The notes beneath the pieces are model-generated. The model ran no database searches, was not told the DNA's origin, and saw only the letters and a program-made list of their open reading frames with translations. The position numbers and the translations under genes are program-made. From contig NW_003314267.1 of NCBI RefSeq assembly GCF_000143415.4, positions 2,645,839 through 2,709,838 on the forward strand: a stretch of 64,000 nt of DNA. Reading direction: 5' to 3'. Of this stretch, positions 47,442 through 59,285 are shown piece by piece. Source of the stretch: Selaginella moellendorffii (Eukaryota; Plantae; Lycopodiophyta). Numbering within the stretch: position 1 is the first letter of the stretch; every line of letters begins with the position of its first letter.

Positions 47442-47601
47442 AGCTCTATCTAATACGCAGGGAGGAAATGAAACATACGCGCGCTCGAAGATATAAGTAT
47501 GTTTGGTCGAGAAAGAAATCCACACGAAAACGTGTTGGGAGTGGCCGGCCGGCCACATATCCTCCACAGACACAGGAAGGAGGAGCGAAAGGCTTCCAGC
47601 A

Positions 47602-47925
47602 CTAGCGACAAGGCACAGCGCCAAATTCTTCTATAGTTTTGGTCGCCAGGGTGAGAATATCCATGAAAGCACTCAACGACGCTCTCAGGAATCTGGCCTC
47701 TGTGGCGGAGAATGCGACCACCAGACGCTCACCTCTGGCCGAGATTGCTCGCTTCACTTTGTCGGGCTGAAGCTCCGCGTCCACGGCCAGCACCGCCATC
47801 ACAAGCCGCGCCGAATCCTCGCTCGCGTACTGGACCTCCAGTGTGCACGAAAACGGCGAGATCGCTGCTGCCGCCGCCGCCGCCTCCAGCGCTGCCGGGG
47901 CGCCCGAAATCACTACACCCGCCAT
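47602..47925 (-). CDS. PCC1: KEOPS/EKC subunit Pcc1 (LAGE3/CTAG family)
   Basis: CTLEVQYASEDSARLVMAVLAVDAELQPDKVKR..LVVAFSATEARFLRASLSAFMDILTLATKTIEEF. Confidence 0.88.
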   Translation of the reverse strand: MAGVVISGAPAALEAAAAAAAISPFSCTLEVQYASEDSARLVMAVLAVDAELQPDKVKRAISARGERLVVAFSATEARFLRASLSAFMDILTLATKTIEEFGAVPCR

Positions 47926-48010
47926 GGCCAAGAAATATTTCGCTAAAACCCTAAGTGTGACAATGTACGGCAATAGACCCCCATTGTACAGTTATTCAGT
48001 ACGGCAAGCC

Positions 48011-51000
48011 TGTTGCAACATGTACGGCACAATTTTCTATCCCGTTGTAGCGGGTCTGTGGCCCCTGACGTGGTTCATGGTAAATCTGAGGTGAGGTTAG
48101 ATTCCTAGATTGTCATCTTTGTTTCAACTAAGAGTCATTTCTGTCCATGGTCAATTTTAAAATTGATTGTGATTCTAAAATTGTATAAACTAGGCTAGCA
48201 TAGCATGACAAAATCATGGCCAAAAAGCTTGATGTTCACTAATATTTAGAGATTGTGAATCATGAGACATGAGTTAGCTTGGTTTTGGGAAGAGAAATGT
48301 GAGTGTGGAGTGACTATGATGCTGTGATGAGATGAATTATATGTAATTACTGTGTGTCGTACTGATTTTGACTAAGATGGGGATTTTGGCTAGAGTAAAA
48401 GATAAGTATTTAAATCAATTTGGTCACACAATGGGATAGCCCTGTTGACACAAACCACGGGAATATTCTAAGAATATTCTATGGCCTGTGGGATTTAAGG
48501 CCGTAATGCCTTTAAGGGTTGGGAGGTTGGCTTAGGGTTCGCTCTCTTGTTCGTTTCAGTGGTATTGGAGCAGCACGTTCTTTTGGGGATGGCGGGTGAG
48601 CAAGACATTGATCCTGATGAGGAGTATGGCGTTAGTGATGATAGCCATGACGATGCGAAAGAGACTCTTGATGATGTTGTTGTGCGGCAAGGATGCCAGA
48701 TTTCTAAGGTTTAGAGCGACATAAAGGAGGTTAAGGATTCCGTCAATCTCATTAAGGATTTCTTGCTTCGCATGATGAAACGTGTATGTACATTCCCCAA
48801 TGTCCCGTAGGGACTAATACAAAAACCGGGCATGCTGCCCGAATCTCATGCTACCTAGTGGGGTCTCCCTCATCTAAAGTGGGACTAGGCCTGCAGTAAA
48901 AGCGGCTGCGGATTTCTTGCTTCGCATGAACCCTCAAGGGTTGAATCAATTTCATGTCCGTGATTACCATTGGTACGTCAAGCATGCCAAGGATTATGGT
49001 ATCGTGGAATGGAAATCATCACCAGATGTTTGTGATAGTCAAGAGGTTGATTCTTGGTTGGAATTGTGGGAAAGTCGTTGGTCTTACAATCCTTGTGAGG
49101 ATAAGGTGAAAATAGATTTCTTTGTGATGAAGCTTACGGGCCATGCTTCTTCGTGGTGGAAGAACTACATCAAAGCTAATCTGAAGCTGACTTCTTGGAC
49201 TGATTTGACAAAGGTTTTCCGCGCTTCGTTTGTCAAGAAGTTTGAAGAAGTTGATCTTGTGAATTAGTTGTTAGAGATCCGGCAAGGGACTCTGTCTTTG
49301 GATGCGTATGCCCACAAGTTCCGTGATCTTTGCCTTAGTCTCACAGGCATCTATAATGAGCTGCTAAAGGTGCAATGTTTTATCAAAGGATTGAGCTCGG
49401 TGGATGTGCAGTAGAAGGTCAAGAAGGATTTTCCAGCAACATTGACTGATGCTATCACTAAGGCTAGATCTTTTCGCCCGAACCGTCAGTCAACTTGGTC
49501 AACTATGGTCAACGAGATGGTCTACGGAGTAGTCAACGTGATGACCAGCTCACCAATGCTTCATATTCGGGGAAGAAACAACCGTTGTTCTGTTATGGCT
49601 CGAAGCATGAAGATGGTAGTGAGGCTAAGAAACTTCGTTTGGACCAGCGAGAGAAGGACAAAGTGGAGGGCAATTGTTTTCGTTGCTATAGAGCTAGACA
49701 TCAAAGCAAGGATTGTTCTGAAGGGGTCAAAGAATAATAATGTGACTGTGGTGGAAATTATAGGCAATGATGTGAGTGATAGTGCTTTTGGGGCCGTATT
49801 GCTTCAAGTTAGGCATTGTCTCGCATTCATGAGCCACAAGTTTGATGCCACACAATGGAATTGACCTACTCGAGAATGCCAATATTATCTATATAGATCG
49901 GACTTCTATGTAGATTCAAATCATCAATCTCTCCAGATGTGGATCTTTGAGGCCGCCTTGCTCGTTGGCAAGAGTTCCTGCAGGAAATGTCTGTTAAGAT
50001 CCGGTACAAGCATGGAGGTGACAATAAGGTGGCTGATGCGTTATCTAGGATGGTAAATTCTATCTCATTCGTGAAGCTATCCAGAGATCTCTTGGATGAG
50101 CTTAAGGAGTTTGCTGACTTCGACTTCTTTATCACTGATATTCGCGCAAAGGTTTTGTTGAGGGACGCCTCTACGGATTTGAAGGGTGACAAGTTTGCGT
50201 CATTCGAAATACGAGATGGAATTCTGGTGAAGAAGGGACGTGTAGTGGTTCCTCGTGTTGACAAACTCATCAAACGGATTTTTGTTGAGTGTCATGATGT
50301 GCCAAGTGTTGGGCATCCGGGGGTATTGAGAACGTATATGTTGGTGAAGAGGCATTTCTTTTGGCCTGGGATGAAGTCAAATGTTGAGAAGTACGTACGT
50401 GGTTGTTTGACCTGCCAAGCGGTCAAAGTTGATCATCAGAAGCTTGCTAGCCTCTATCATCCTTTACGTGTACCCGAGAATAAGTGAGATAGCATCTCGA
50501 TGGACTTTATCACTGGTTTGCCCAAAACCTTTCGAGGAAATGATGCTATTTGGGTTGTTGTGGATCGTTTGACGAAGATGGCTCACTTCTTCCCTGTGAA
50601 GACAACGATAAAAACTTCTGAACTTGCTCAGTTGTTTGTAGACCGGTTTATTCAGTCTCTATGGTTTGCCAGGTGACATTGTGAGTGATCGGGATCCTAA
50701 GTTTATGTCCAAGTTTTGGCAAATGGTCTTTGAGAAACTAAAAACTAAACTGAGCATGAGTAGTGGTGAGCATCCACAATCTGATGGGCAAACAGAGTGC
50801 ATGAATCAGCTATTAGAAGATATGCTACGGTCTTTTGTGGGAAACTTGACTCAACAGGGAGTATGGGAGAAATACTTGCCTTTACTTCAGTTTGCTTACA
50901 ATAGTGCTCATCAATCAGCTATTGGCATGTCCCCTTTTATGGCGATGTATGGCTATGAGCCTAGGTCTCATGTGAGTTTGAATTTGGCTTTGGTTCGGGT

Positions 51001-51287
51001 TCCTCATGCTTGTGATTTCCTGGAGGATATGCAAGACAAGCTTGAGTTGGCAAAATTGAACATGAGGCAAGCTCAAGAACAAGACAAAAGATTGGCTAAT
51101 GAGCATCATCGTCATCAAGAGTACAAAGTTGGTGACAAGGTTTTCCTTAAGCTGTCGGATGCACAACGGTCTCTAAAAGGAGGTGGCAGTGCCAAGTTGT
51201 CTCCACGGTATTGTGGACCTTGGACAATTTTACAGTGTGTAGGGGATCTTGCATACACTTCGGACTTGCCAATTAGTTCGAAGATTC
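48011..51287 (+). mobile_element. Degenerate Ty3/gypsy element A: 5' LTR (start uncertain, ends ..TTTCA 48558), PBS, gag, RNaseH remnant and integrase; protease and RT deleted; 3' end lost
   Basis: PBS TGGTATTGGAGC at 48560; gag KLTGHASSWW and knuckle CFRCYRARHQSKDC; SDSAFGAVLLQ; integrase CHDVPSVGHPG..CLTC, IVSDRDPKF, HPQSDGQTE, KLSPRYCGPW; many stops and frameshifts. Confidence 0.88.
48776..48909 (-). mobile_element. 5'-truncated non-LTR (LINE-like) insertion in the gag of element A
   Basis: Flanked by direct repeat GGATTTCTTGCTTCGCATGA (48756-48775 and 48910-48929); reverse complement of 52936-53069. Confidence 0.85.
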
Positions 51288-52084
51288 TGTAAGCCACAAA
51301 TTTTTCCTTTCCAATTTGCCAGCTTATCTCGTCTATCTGACCAACTCTACCTTGGCTTGTGCTAAGTTCCCTCGCCAAGGTTCTCGCCTATGGTACCAGC
51401 TCCTACTTGGTCCTACTTGGTTTCAGCTACTCACTGCACGAGCAACGGAGTGTTAGCCATCCATCTACGGATTCCCAAATCTCTCCCAATACCCCTCCCC
51501 GGGTTAGACTGGACTTAAGGTTCGGCTACACTCCCCACAGGCACAAGCAGCCAAGCACACCAAGCCTCCAGATTCCTAACACCCCTTGGTACCACAAGAC
51601 TTGATCATGGGACCCTCTAAATCCCAAGCCTTGGGTGCAGCACTTGCTTCGGGACGTCGGGGCGAAACACCATGGCCTAACGGCCCGGTATGAGTACCTC
51701 CACCCCCCCCCCCCCATCCCGAAGAAAGGTCCAAGCCCCTAGGAAGGGCGAGGACCAATGAGCCGCATGGGACTCAAGTGGGGCACCACTCCACATGAGT
51801 CGGGAGCACCGCAGTCGGTTTCCCTTTCGGGAGTGGGAGCTGCTCTTGAGCACTTCCTTGGATGGCCCCTCCGGCACGAGCGAAGTCCATGCTCACTCCC
51901 ACCCAAGGTTCCTCGGTCCCAGTCTCAACCTCATAGTCGGTTTGGAACGCCAACTGGAGAGTCCCTTCAAACTGGTTCCTGGACCTCACTATCCCTACTA
52001 TACTTTTGGAACCCCCTGCAGCCCCCCCCCCCTTGGGAGACACACGCTTTGGGCTTTCACCCCTTGAGCTGTATTAGTATGTGG

Positions 52085-52340
52085 ACTTAGTCTTAGAATC
52101 AATCTTGGACTCGATCTCGGACCCGACTTCGGACTCGGTCTCGGACTCGATCTCAGACTCGATCTCGGACCCCATCTCGGACTCGACTTCGGACTCGACC
52201 TCGGACTCGGTCTCGGACCCGATTTGGGTCTCGGACTCCGTCTCGAACTCGGTCTCGATCTCGGTCTCTGATTCGGCCTCGGCTCGATCCCGGACTCTAT
52301 CTCGAACTCGGTCTCAGAGTCGGTCTTGGACTAGATCTTC
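52085..52340. repeat. Degenerate 12-bp (2x6) tandem array, GACTCGATCTCG-like, within the element B repeat
   Basis: Runs of GGACTCGATCTC / GGACTCGGTCTC / GGACCCGATTTC; paralogous array at ~58672-58950. Confidence 0.85.
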
Positions 52341-52683
52341 AACTCGGTCCCATCCGATGAACTCTTTGTCATTTCGGTCAAGCTTTCGGGGATCCTTTAG
52401 CCTACGACATCTCGGGGAGTCGGTTCCTTACAACTCCACCACCCATAGAAGAAGTTCAATGCCCACATCAAACGTCTCTTTTTATCCTACGACTTGTTGA
52501 CCATGTCTCCGGGGGCATCCCCCCACTTAGCGGTGTGCCTAAGTTAGCCTCCCCGGCCAAGAGCCCATGACAACGAAATATAGGTGTCCCTATACCCCTC
52601 ACCTCACCACGCCCTAGTATGGGGTCGGGACTTGAACCCAGCCCTGCTTTACTAGGGGGTTGAGACTCAAACCCAACCTCCGT

Positions 52684-53069
52684 GACACAGGTCAGAGTAT
52701 CACAGGTGCTGGCGGAGTGGTGGAGACTTACATTGGCGGCAGTACGGCTTCACCATACTATCCTCCGGGATAGGGGGAAGCTTGAGAGGCTCGAGGAGTG
52801 GCAGAAAGCATGGATGCCATGTTTTGGTAGAGGAGATCACAAGGAGGTTCGTTGGAGATGGCACCCCCCGGAGTCGATCTTGCGGTCAGCACGAAGGGGG
52901 GACGTGGATCTGGATGCGATACGACGGAGACGACCGCAGCCGCTTTTACTGCAGGCCTAGTCCCACTTTAGATGAGGGAGACCCCACTAGGTAGCATGAG
53001 ATTCGGGCAGCATGCCCGGTTTTTGTATTAGTCCCTACGGGACATTGGGGAATGTACATACACGTTTCA
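52684..53069 (+). mobile_element. 5'-truncated non-LTR (LINE-like) insertion carrying an ORF 3' end and 3' UTR
   Basis: TSD TCAAACCCAACCTCCGT (52667-52683 and 53070-53086); absent from the paralogous site at 59285; ORF tail ..WQKAWMPCFG..LLLQA*. Confidence 0.85.
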
Positions 53070-56000
53070 TCAAACCCAACCTCCGTAGAATACGTCTACG
53101 GATTCGACATCCCCGCGGGGAGTCGGGTGTAGTGCCCTACGCCTGGTCGACCTATCCAACCCATGCTAATTAGCTTACCTTCGGCGCGCCTTCGGGTCCT
53201 AACATATGCCACGTGCTCAACTTTGCAAATTGATATTTTTAATTGAACTTTGCATAAGTACATAGAGTTCTGCCTTGCAGAAATTCCTCCACTAGATCTC
53301 GTGCGTTCGCTAGGTTCTCCTCCAGTTCCCATGTTGCTTCACAGTGTGGAAATCCTTTCCACTTCACATGGAACTCTCTCACCTCGCGTCCTTGTTGCTT
53401 GCTCTTGCGCACATTGAGGATGGCCTCGACTTCGTATTCCTCTTCCCCTTGGATAACCTCAGGTAAAGGTCTTACTTGGTCCTTGCGAAGTGGATCCTCA
53501 AAGTACAGCTTAAGTAAGTTCATGTGGAACACTGGGTGCATTTCCCCATCTCTCGAGGAAGTCGGAGTCGGTAAGCCACTTTACCGATTCGTGCCTCAAT
53601 CTCGTAAGGCCCCACGAACCTGCTTAAGGAACTCAAGATCAATTCATTTACAGGAATACATGCATTTTTACCTTTGGGTCAACTTCCGGCTGATCCCACT
53701 TGGTAGCCTGAGATTTTTGGTGTTCAGCCACACCTTCTCCCCAGCTTGGAACTCTACATCCCGGCACTTTTGGTTTGCGTACTTGGTTTGTCTTTGTTAA
53801 GCCCGTTCCAAGGAATCCCTCACTAGATTCCAAATGTTGAGTCTTTCCGCCGTGAATGCCTCCACTGCGGGTAGCTCTCCATGATACTCGGCCACGTTGA
53901 GTTCCACAGGACCTTCAATAGCTCGCCCATTGATGACTTCCCATGGACTCACCCCGATACTCGAATGTGGTGACTTGTTATAACACATTTCTGCAAGTCC
54001 CAAATGACTTACCCAATCGGTCTGGTCTCCCAAGACATAGCATCGCAAATTATCCTCCAGCTGCCTATTCACCCTTTCCGTTTGTCCGTCTGTCAAGAAG
54101 TGTTAGTGCCACCAAACTTGACTTAATACCCCTTACCTGTCTGTGGGTGATAGGCTGTGCTGAATTTCAACTTGGTGCGATACTGTTCTAGGAGAGTCCT
54201 CCAGAACCTACTAGTGAAGATCTTATCCCGATCTGAGATGATCTCTTCCGGCCTTCCCTGCACTCGAACCACTTGTTCGAAGAACAGTTTCGCCACACCT
54301 TCCGCATCCACTTCCGTTGTGGTGGGTATGAAATGTGCCATTTTTGAAAATCGGTCCACCACCACGAATATTGCATCAAACCTCTCGCTTAAGGGGAGAA
54401 GACATTTCCACGGGCGATTTGGAATTGGGATGCTTTGCAACAAGCCCCCACTAGCCTTAGTCACGGCTTTTACCTGCTGACATGTTGGACATGTCTTTAC
54501 ATAGTCTTGGACATCCTTAGCTATATCTGGCCAATGGTACTTCCTCTTCAGTAAGCCCATCGTCTTGGGCACTCCGCCATGTCCCGCAAGAGGTCCCTCA
54601 TGACACTCTTCTAAGGCTACCTTCCTTAGTTCCCCTTCTGGAACATACACCCTCGTTTGCTTGTAATAGATGAGTCCGTTGCGTTCCACATAGCCTGTTT
54701 TCTCTTCTGTTGGCAGCTCACCTCTCTGGTGAGCTTCCCGTGCCTCTAGATTCCTCAGCAACACTTCTTGTGCTAGACCATCGTTCTCATATGCTGTCCG
54801 CACATCGTCCCAGAAGGTTGCTGTTGCGCTGGATATTGCTAACCTCAAGCTCGCTTTTTGACTTAGCGCATCCGCCACGATGTTGCTCTTCCCAAGATTG
54901 TATAGAATTTCACAATCAAACTCGGCCAAGGCATTGGCCCACCAACCTTGTTTCCCTCTCAGGTCGGGCTGTGACAAAAATGTTTCATTGCCACATTGTC
55001 CGTATAAACCTTGAAGTGTCTCCCAAGGTAGTGTCGCCACTCCTTGAACGCCTTGACCACCGCAAACAATTCCTTCTCGTGGGCAGGCCACTTCTGTTGA
55101 GCCTTGTCCAACTTCTTCGAGAAGAACGCTACTGCATGGTTGTCTTGCTTCAAAACTGCGCCCAACGCAAAGTCTGAAGCATTCGTTTTTACCTCAAAGT
55201 CCTTACCAAAGTTTGGTAATGCCAATACGGGAGCCTTCCTCAACTTCCCTTTGAGGTGGACAAATGCCGCCTCGCATTCCGCTGTCCATACCATCTTCCC
55301 TTTTCCTGTTTGGTCCATTAAGGGCAGGGCTACTCTCGAATAGTGTCTGATAAACTTTCGATAATAGTTGCATAGCCCTAGGAATGCCCTCAAATCGTGT
55401 ACATTCGATGGTCGCTCCCATTCCTGGATCGCTTGGACCTTCTCCGGGTCCACCTTGAGCCCGTCCTGGCCCACCACATGCCCGAGAAACTTTACCTCTT
55501 GTTGAGCAAAGTCACATTTGCTCTCTTTAGTATACAGTTTGTGTTCCCTTAGTTTCTCAAACACCTTCGCCAAGTGTTCGGCATGCTCCTCTAGCGTCTC
55601 GCTATAGATCAGGATGTCGTCGATATAGATAACCACGAAGTGATCCAGATAGGGTACAAAGATGTGGTTCATCAGTGCCGAAAACGTTGCCGGCGCATTG
55701 CATAACCCGAAGGGCATCACGAGAAACTCGAAGCTCCCATACGTCGTTCGACAGGTTGTCTTCTCGACATCTTCCTCAGCTACCCTGATCTGGTAGTATC
55801 CTGACCTTAGGTCAATCCTCGAGAAGTATTTTGCCTTTCCCAACCTATCGAACAGGTCCTCAATCCTGGGCAAAGGGTACTTGTTCTTCTTTGTATACTT
55901 GTTGAGCAACCGGTAGTCTATGCACATGCGCATAGATCCATCTTTATTTTTCACAAATAACACCGGCACCCCATATGGCGACTTGCTCAACCTAACATAC

Positions 56001-59000
56001 CCTTTGTCCACCAACTCCTCTAGTTGGCGCTTGAGCTCCTCGAGTTGTTTCTCGTTCAAACGATAGGGGGGACGAACCACCGCCTCAGCACCCTCGACCA
56101 GCTCAATCTTATGTTCTATCAGTCGTGCGGGGGGCAACCCCGCCGGTAACTCCTCAGGCATGGTATCCTGGAATTGGTCCAACACCCGTTGGATCACTAA
56201 AGGTACTTCTTCCGTTCCTGTCTTTTTTTTACTCTTCACCGAGAGTAAGCACAAAAATGCTACCTTAGTTCCTTTAGTGAGTTGTCCTCTCGTGGACACC
56301 AGGTTTAAGCAAGATTCTTTGGCCTTGCTTTGCTCTACCTTTAGATCCTGGGCCTCCACCCTGGACCTTCTTCCTTGGGCATTCGCCAGTACCACAAGGT
56401 TTCTACCTTGTCCATGTAGGGCTACCACGAACCGTTGAACTAGTCCATTCCGAAGATCACGTCAAATCCCGCCATGTCTATCACGGTGAAATCCATGTCC
56501 ACTTTCCATGTCCCTACTTCGACTCTCGCTTGTCGAAGTACCTCATCGGTGCTTTGGCTACCTTGAACAAACTCTATAGTCCTTGGTTCGCCTAGCCGCT
56601 ACACCGTTAGTCCGGCTTGCTGGACTATGTCTGCAGCCACAAAATTATCCAAAGCACCCGTGTCAATAAGGATCTTAACAAAGCTACCTCCGAGCTTCCC
56701 CTGGAGGGCTAGTAGATGTCGTGAACGACTCTCTACTAAAGTTGCTCGTGTAATGAGTAACTTTGAGTTAGGGACTGAATCACATACCTCAATTTGGACT
56801 TCACCCGACTTGATGGCCATATTAGCTCTGGCCTTCTTCGGGTAGGGACATTCCCTCAAAAAGTGTCCCGCTGCACCGCAGTTGTAGCATACGTTGTTTC
56901 CCACGCTACTATACAACTTGACCTTCTTATCCGTGGGTTTGTCTCTTTTCGCTTGACTCCCCCACGTACTCGCTCGCTGGCCACCAGATTTGCCTTTCTG
57001 GAACCCCGAGGACTCATTCTTAGAGAAACTCTTCTTGAATTTCCCTCTGCTAAATGTTCCCCTTGGTTTGGCCCCTTTGCTAAACGTGGATCCCAACCCC
57101 GTCGTGTTCCCCTTTCGCAAGTTATCATTGAAATGCACCTTGATGGCTGCATCCAATGCTTCCTTATAGTTGGTCGGGTTCCACCGCATCACCTCACCAC
57201 GAGCCCAGGTTTGCAAACCTGATATGAAGGCATGGAACGCGTCCATATCCCCCATGTTCATGACAAATATCCTCTTTGCCATAAACCCATTCACATACTC
57301 CTGAATGGTTCCGGTCTGCTTCAACCTACTCAGCTCGTCTCTTAGATGCAAAGTAGCATTCGGAGGAACGTAAGTCGCGCGGATCCTCACCTTCATCATT
57401 TCCCAAGTGGCCACCGGTCCTTCATTGGCCTCTGTCGTTCTCCACCAAGACTTGGCATTATCTGCCAAGTATGGTTTTGCACATGGGACCTTCTCCAAGC
57501 TTGGTAACCGCAACGCTCGGAAGTAGTCCTCCATATCATAAAACCAATCCTCCACCACTTTATAGTCATTCACTCCCTTGAAGACCGGTGGGGGCTTTGG
57601 TTTGTACTTGGGAACTGCCTGAGGGATTGATTCCACTTCAGTCTGTTCGACTTTGTTTGGTTCTGCCTCAGACTCTACCGAAGGGTCCGCACCCTCTGCG
57701 CTGCCAGCATCCGTAGTCTTTTGCTTTTTCTTCCGCTTCTCGTCACGCTTTAACTTGCGTACGACAGTCTCTAGCAGGGCATTAGTTTGTGCCAATTGTC
57801 CTTCTAGAACGTCCAATCGAGCCTTGGACGACCGAAGACTCTTGTTTGGAAGTTGCCTCACTGGAGTCTTCCTCATGCAAGGATTCTGTAAGCCACAAAT
57901 TTTTCCTTTCCAATTTGCCAGCCTACCTTGTCTATCCGTCCAACACTGCCTTGGCTTTTGCTAAGTTCCCTCGCCAAGGTTCTCGCCTATGGTACCAGCT
58001 CCTACTTGGTTTCAGCTACTCACTGCACGAGCAACGGAGTGTTAGCCATCCTTCCACGGATTCCCAAATCACTCCCAATCCCCCTCCCCGGGTTAGACTG
58101 GACTTAAGGTTCGGCTACACTCCCCGCAAGCACAAGCAGCCAAGCACACCAAGCTTCCAGGTTCCTAACATCCCTTGGTACCACAAGACTTGATCATGGG
58201 ACCCTCTAAATCCCAAGTCTTGAGTGCAACACTTGCTTCGGGATGCCGGGGCGAAACACCGTGGCCTAGCGGTCCGGTATGGGTACCTCTCGCCCCCCAC
58301 TTCCATCCCGAAGGAAGGCCCAAGCCCCTAGGAAGGGCGAGGACCAATGAGCCGCATGGTACTCAAGTGGGGCACCACTCCACATGAGTCGGGAGCACCG
58401 CAGTCGGTTTCCCTTTCGGGAGTGGGAGCTGCTCTTGAGCACTTCCTTGGATGGCCCCTCCGGCACCAGCCAAGTCCATGCTCACTCCCACCCAAGGCCC
58501 CTCGGTCCCAGTCTCAACCTCAAGTCGGTTTGGAAGCCCAACTGGAGAGTCCCTTCAAAACTGGTTCCTGGACCTCACTATCCCTACTATACTTTTGGAA
58601 CCCCCTGCAGCCCCCCCCCCCTGGGAGACGCATGCTTTGGGCTTTCACCCCTTGACCCGTATTAGTATTTGGACTTAGTCTCTGGCTCGATCTCGGACCC
58701 GATTTCGGATCCGACTTCGGATTCGGGTTCGGACTCGATCACGGACTTGATCTCGGACCCGATCTCGGACCTGACCTCGGACTCGACCTCGGACTCGGTC
58801 TCGGACCCGATTTCGGATCTCGGACTCCATCTCGAACTCGGTCTCGAACTCGGACTCGAACTCGGTCCCCGAGTCGGTCTCGGACTCGATTCCAGACTCT
58901 ATCTCTAACTCGGTCCTAGAGTCGATCTTGGACTCAATCCTCGACTTGGTCCCATCCGATGAACTCTTTGTCATTTCGGTCAAGCTTTTAGGGATCCTTT

Positions 59001-59285
59001 AGCCTACGACATCTCGGGTAGTCGGTTCCTTACAACTCCACCACCCATAGAAGAAGTTCGATGCCCACATCGAACGTCTCGTTTTATCCTACGACTTGTT
59101 GTCCATGTCTCCGGGGGCATCCCCCCACTTAGCGGTGTGCCTAAGTTAGCCTCCCCGGCCAAGAGCCCATGACAACGGAATATAGGTGTCCCTATACTCC
59201 TCACCTCACCACGCCCTAGTATAGGGTCGGGACTTGAACCCAGCCTTGCTTTACTAGGGGGTTGGGACTCGAACCCAACCTCCGT

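Larger units (their letters stand above)
51288..59285 (-). mobile_element. Ty3/gypsy chromovirus B, copy 1: gag-PR-RT-RH-IN-chromodomain (57876 to 53239) between ~1.4 kb direct repeats (51288-52683 and 57888-59285)
   Basis: Knuckle CYNCGAAGHFLREC, protease [18 protein letters not shown], RNase[13 protein letters not shown], integrase HHCC and IISDRD, GPY motif, chromodomain EEYEVEAIL..VKWKGF..TWE; has stops and frameshifts; exact LTR ends not resolved. Confidence 0.93.

Noticed and set aside
52085-52340. CRISPR-like appearance of the short repeats
   Set aside because: No unique spacers and no cas genes; eukaryotic retroelement context
52081-52500. Ser/Asp-rich or Arg-rich ORFs over the 12-bp arrays (also 58669-58983)
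   Set aside because: Products of low-complexity repeats; frames differ between the two copies
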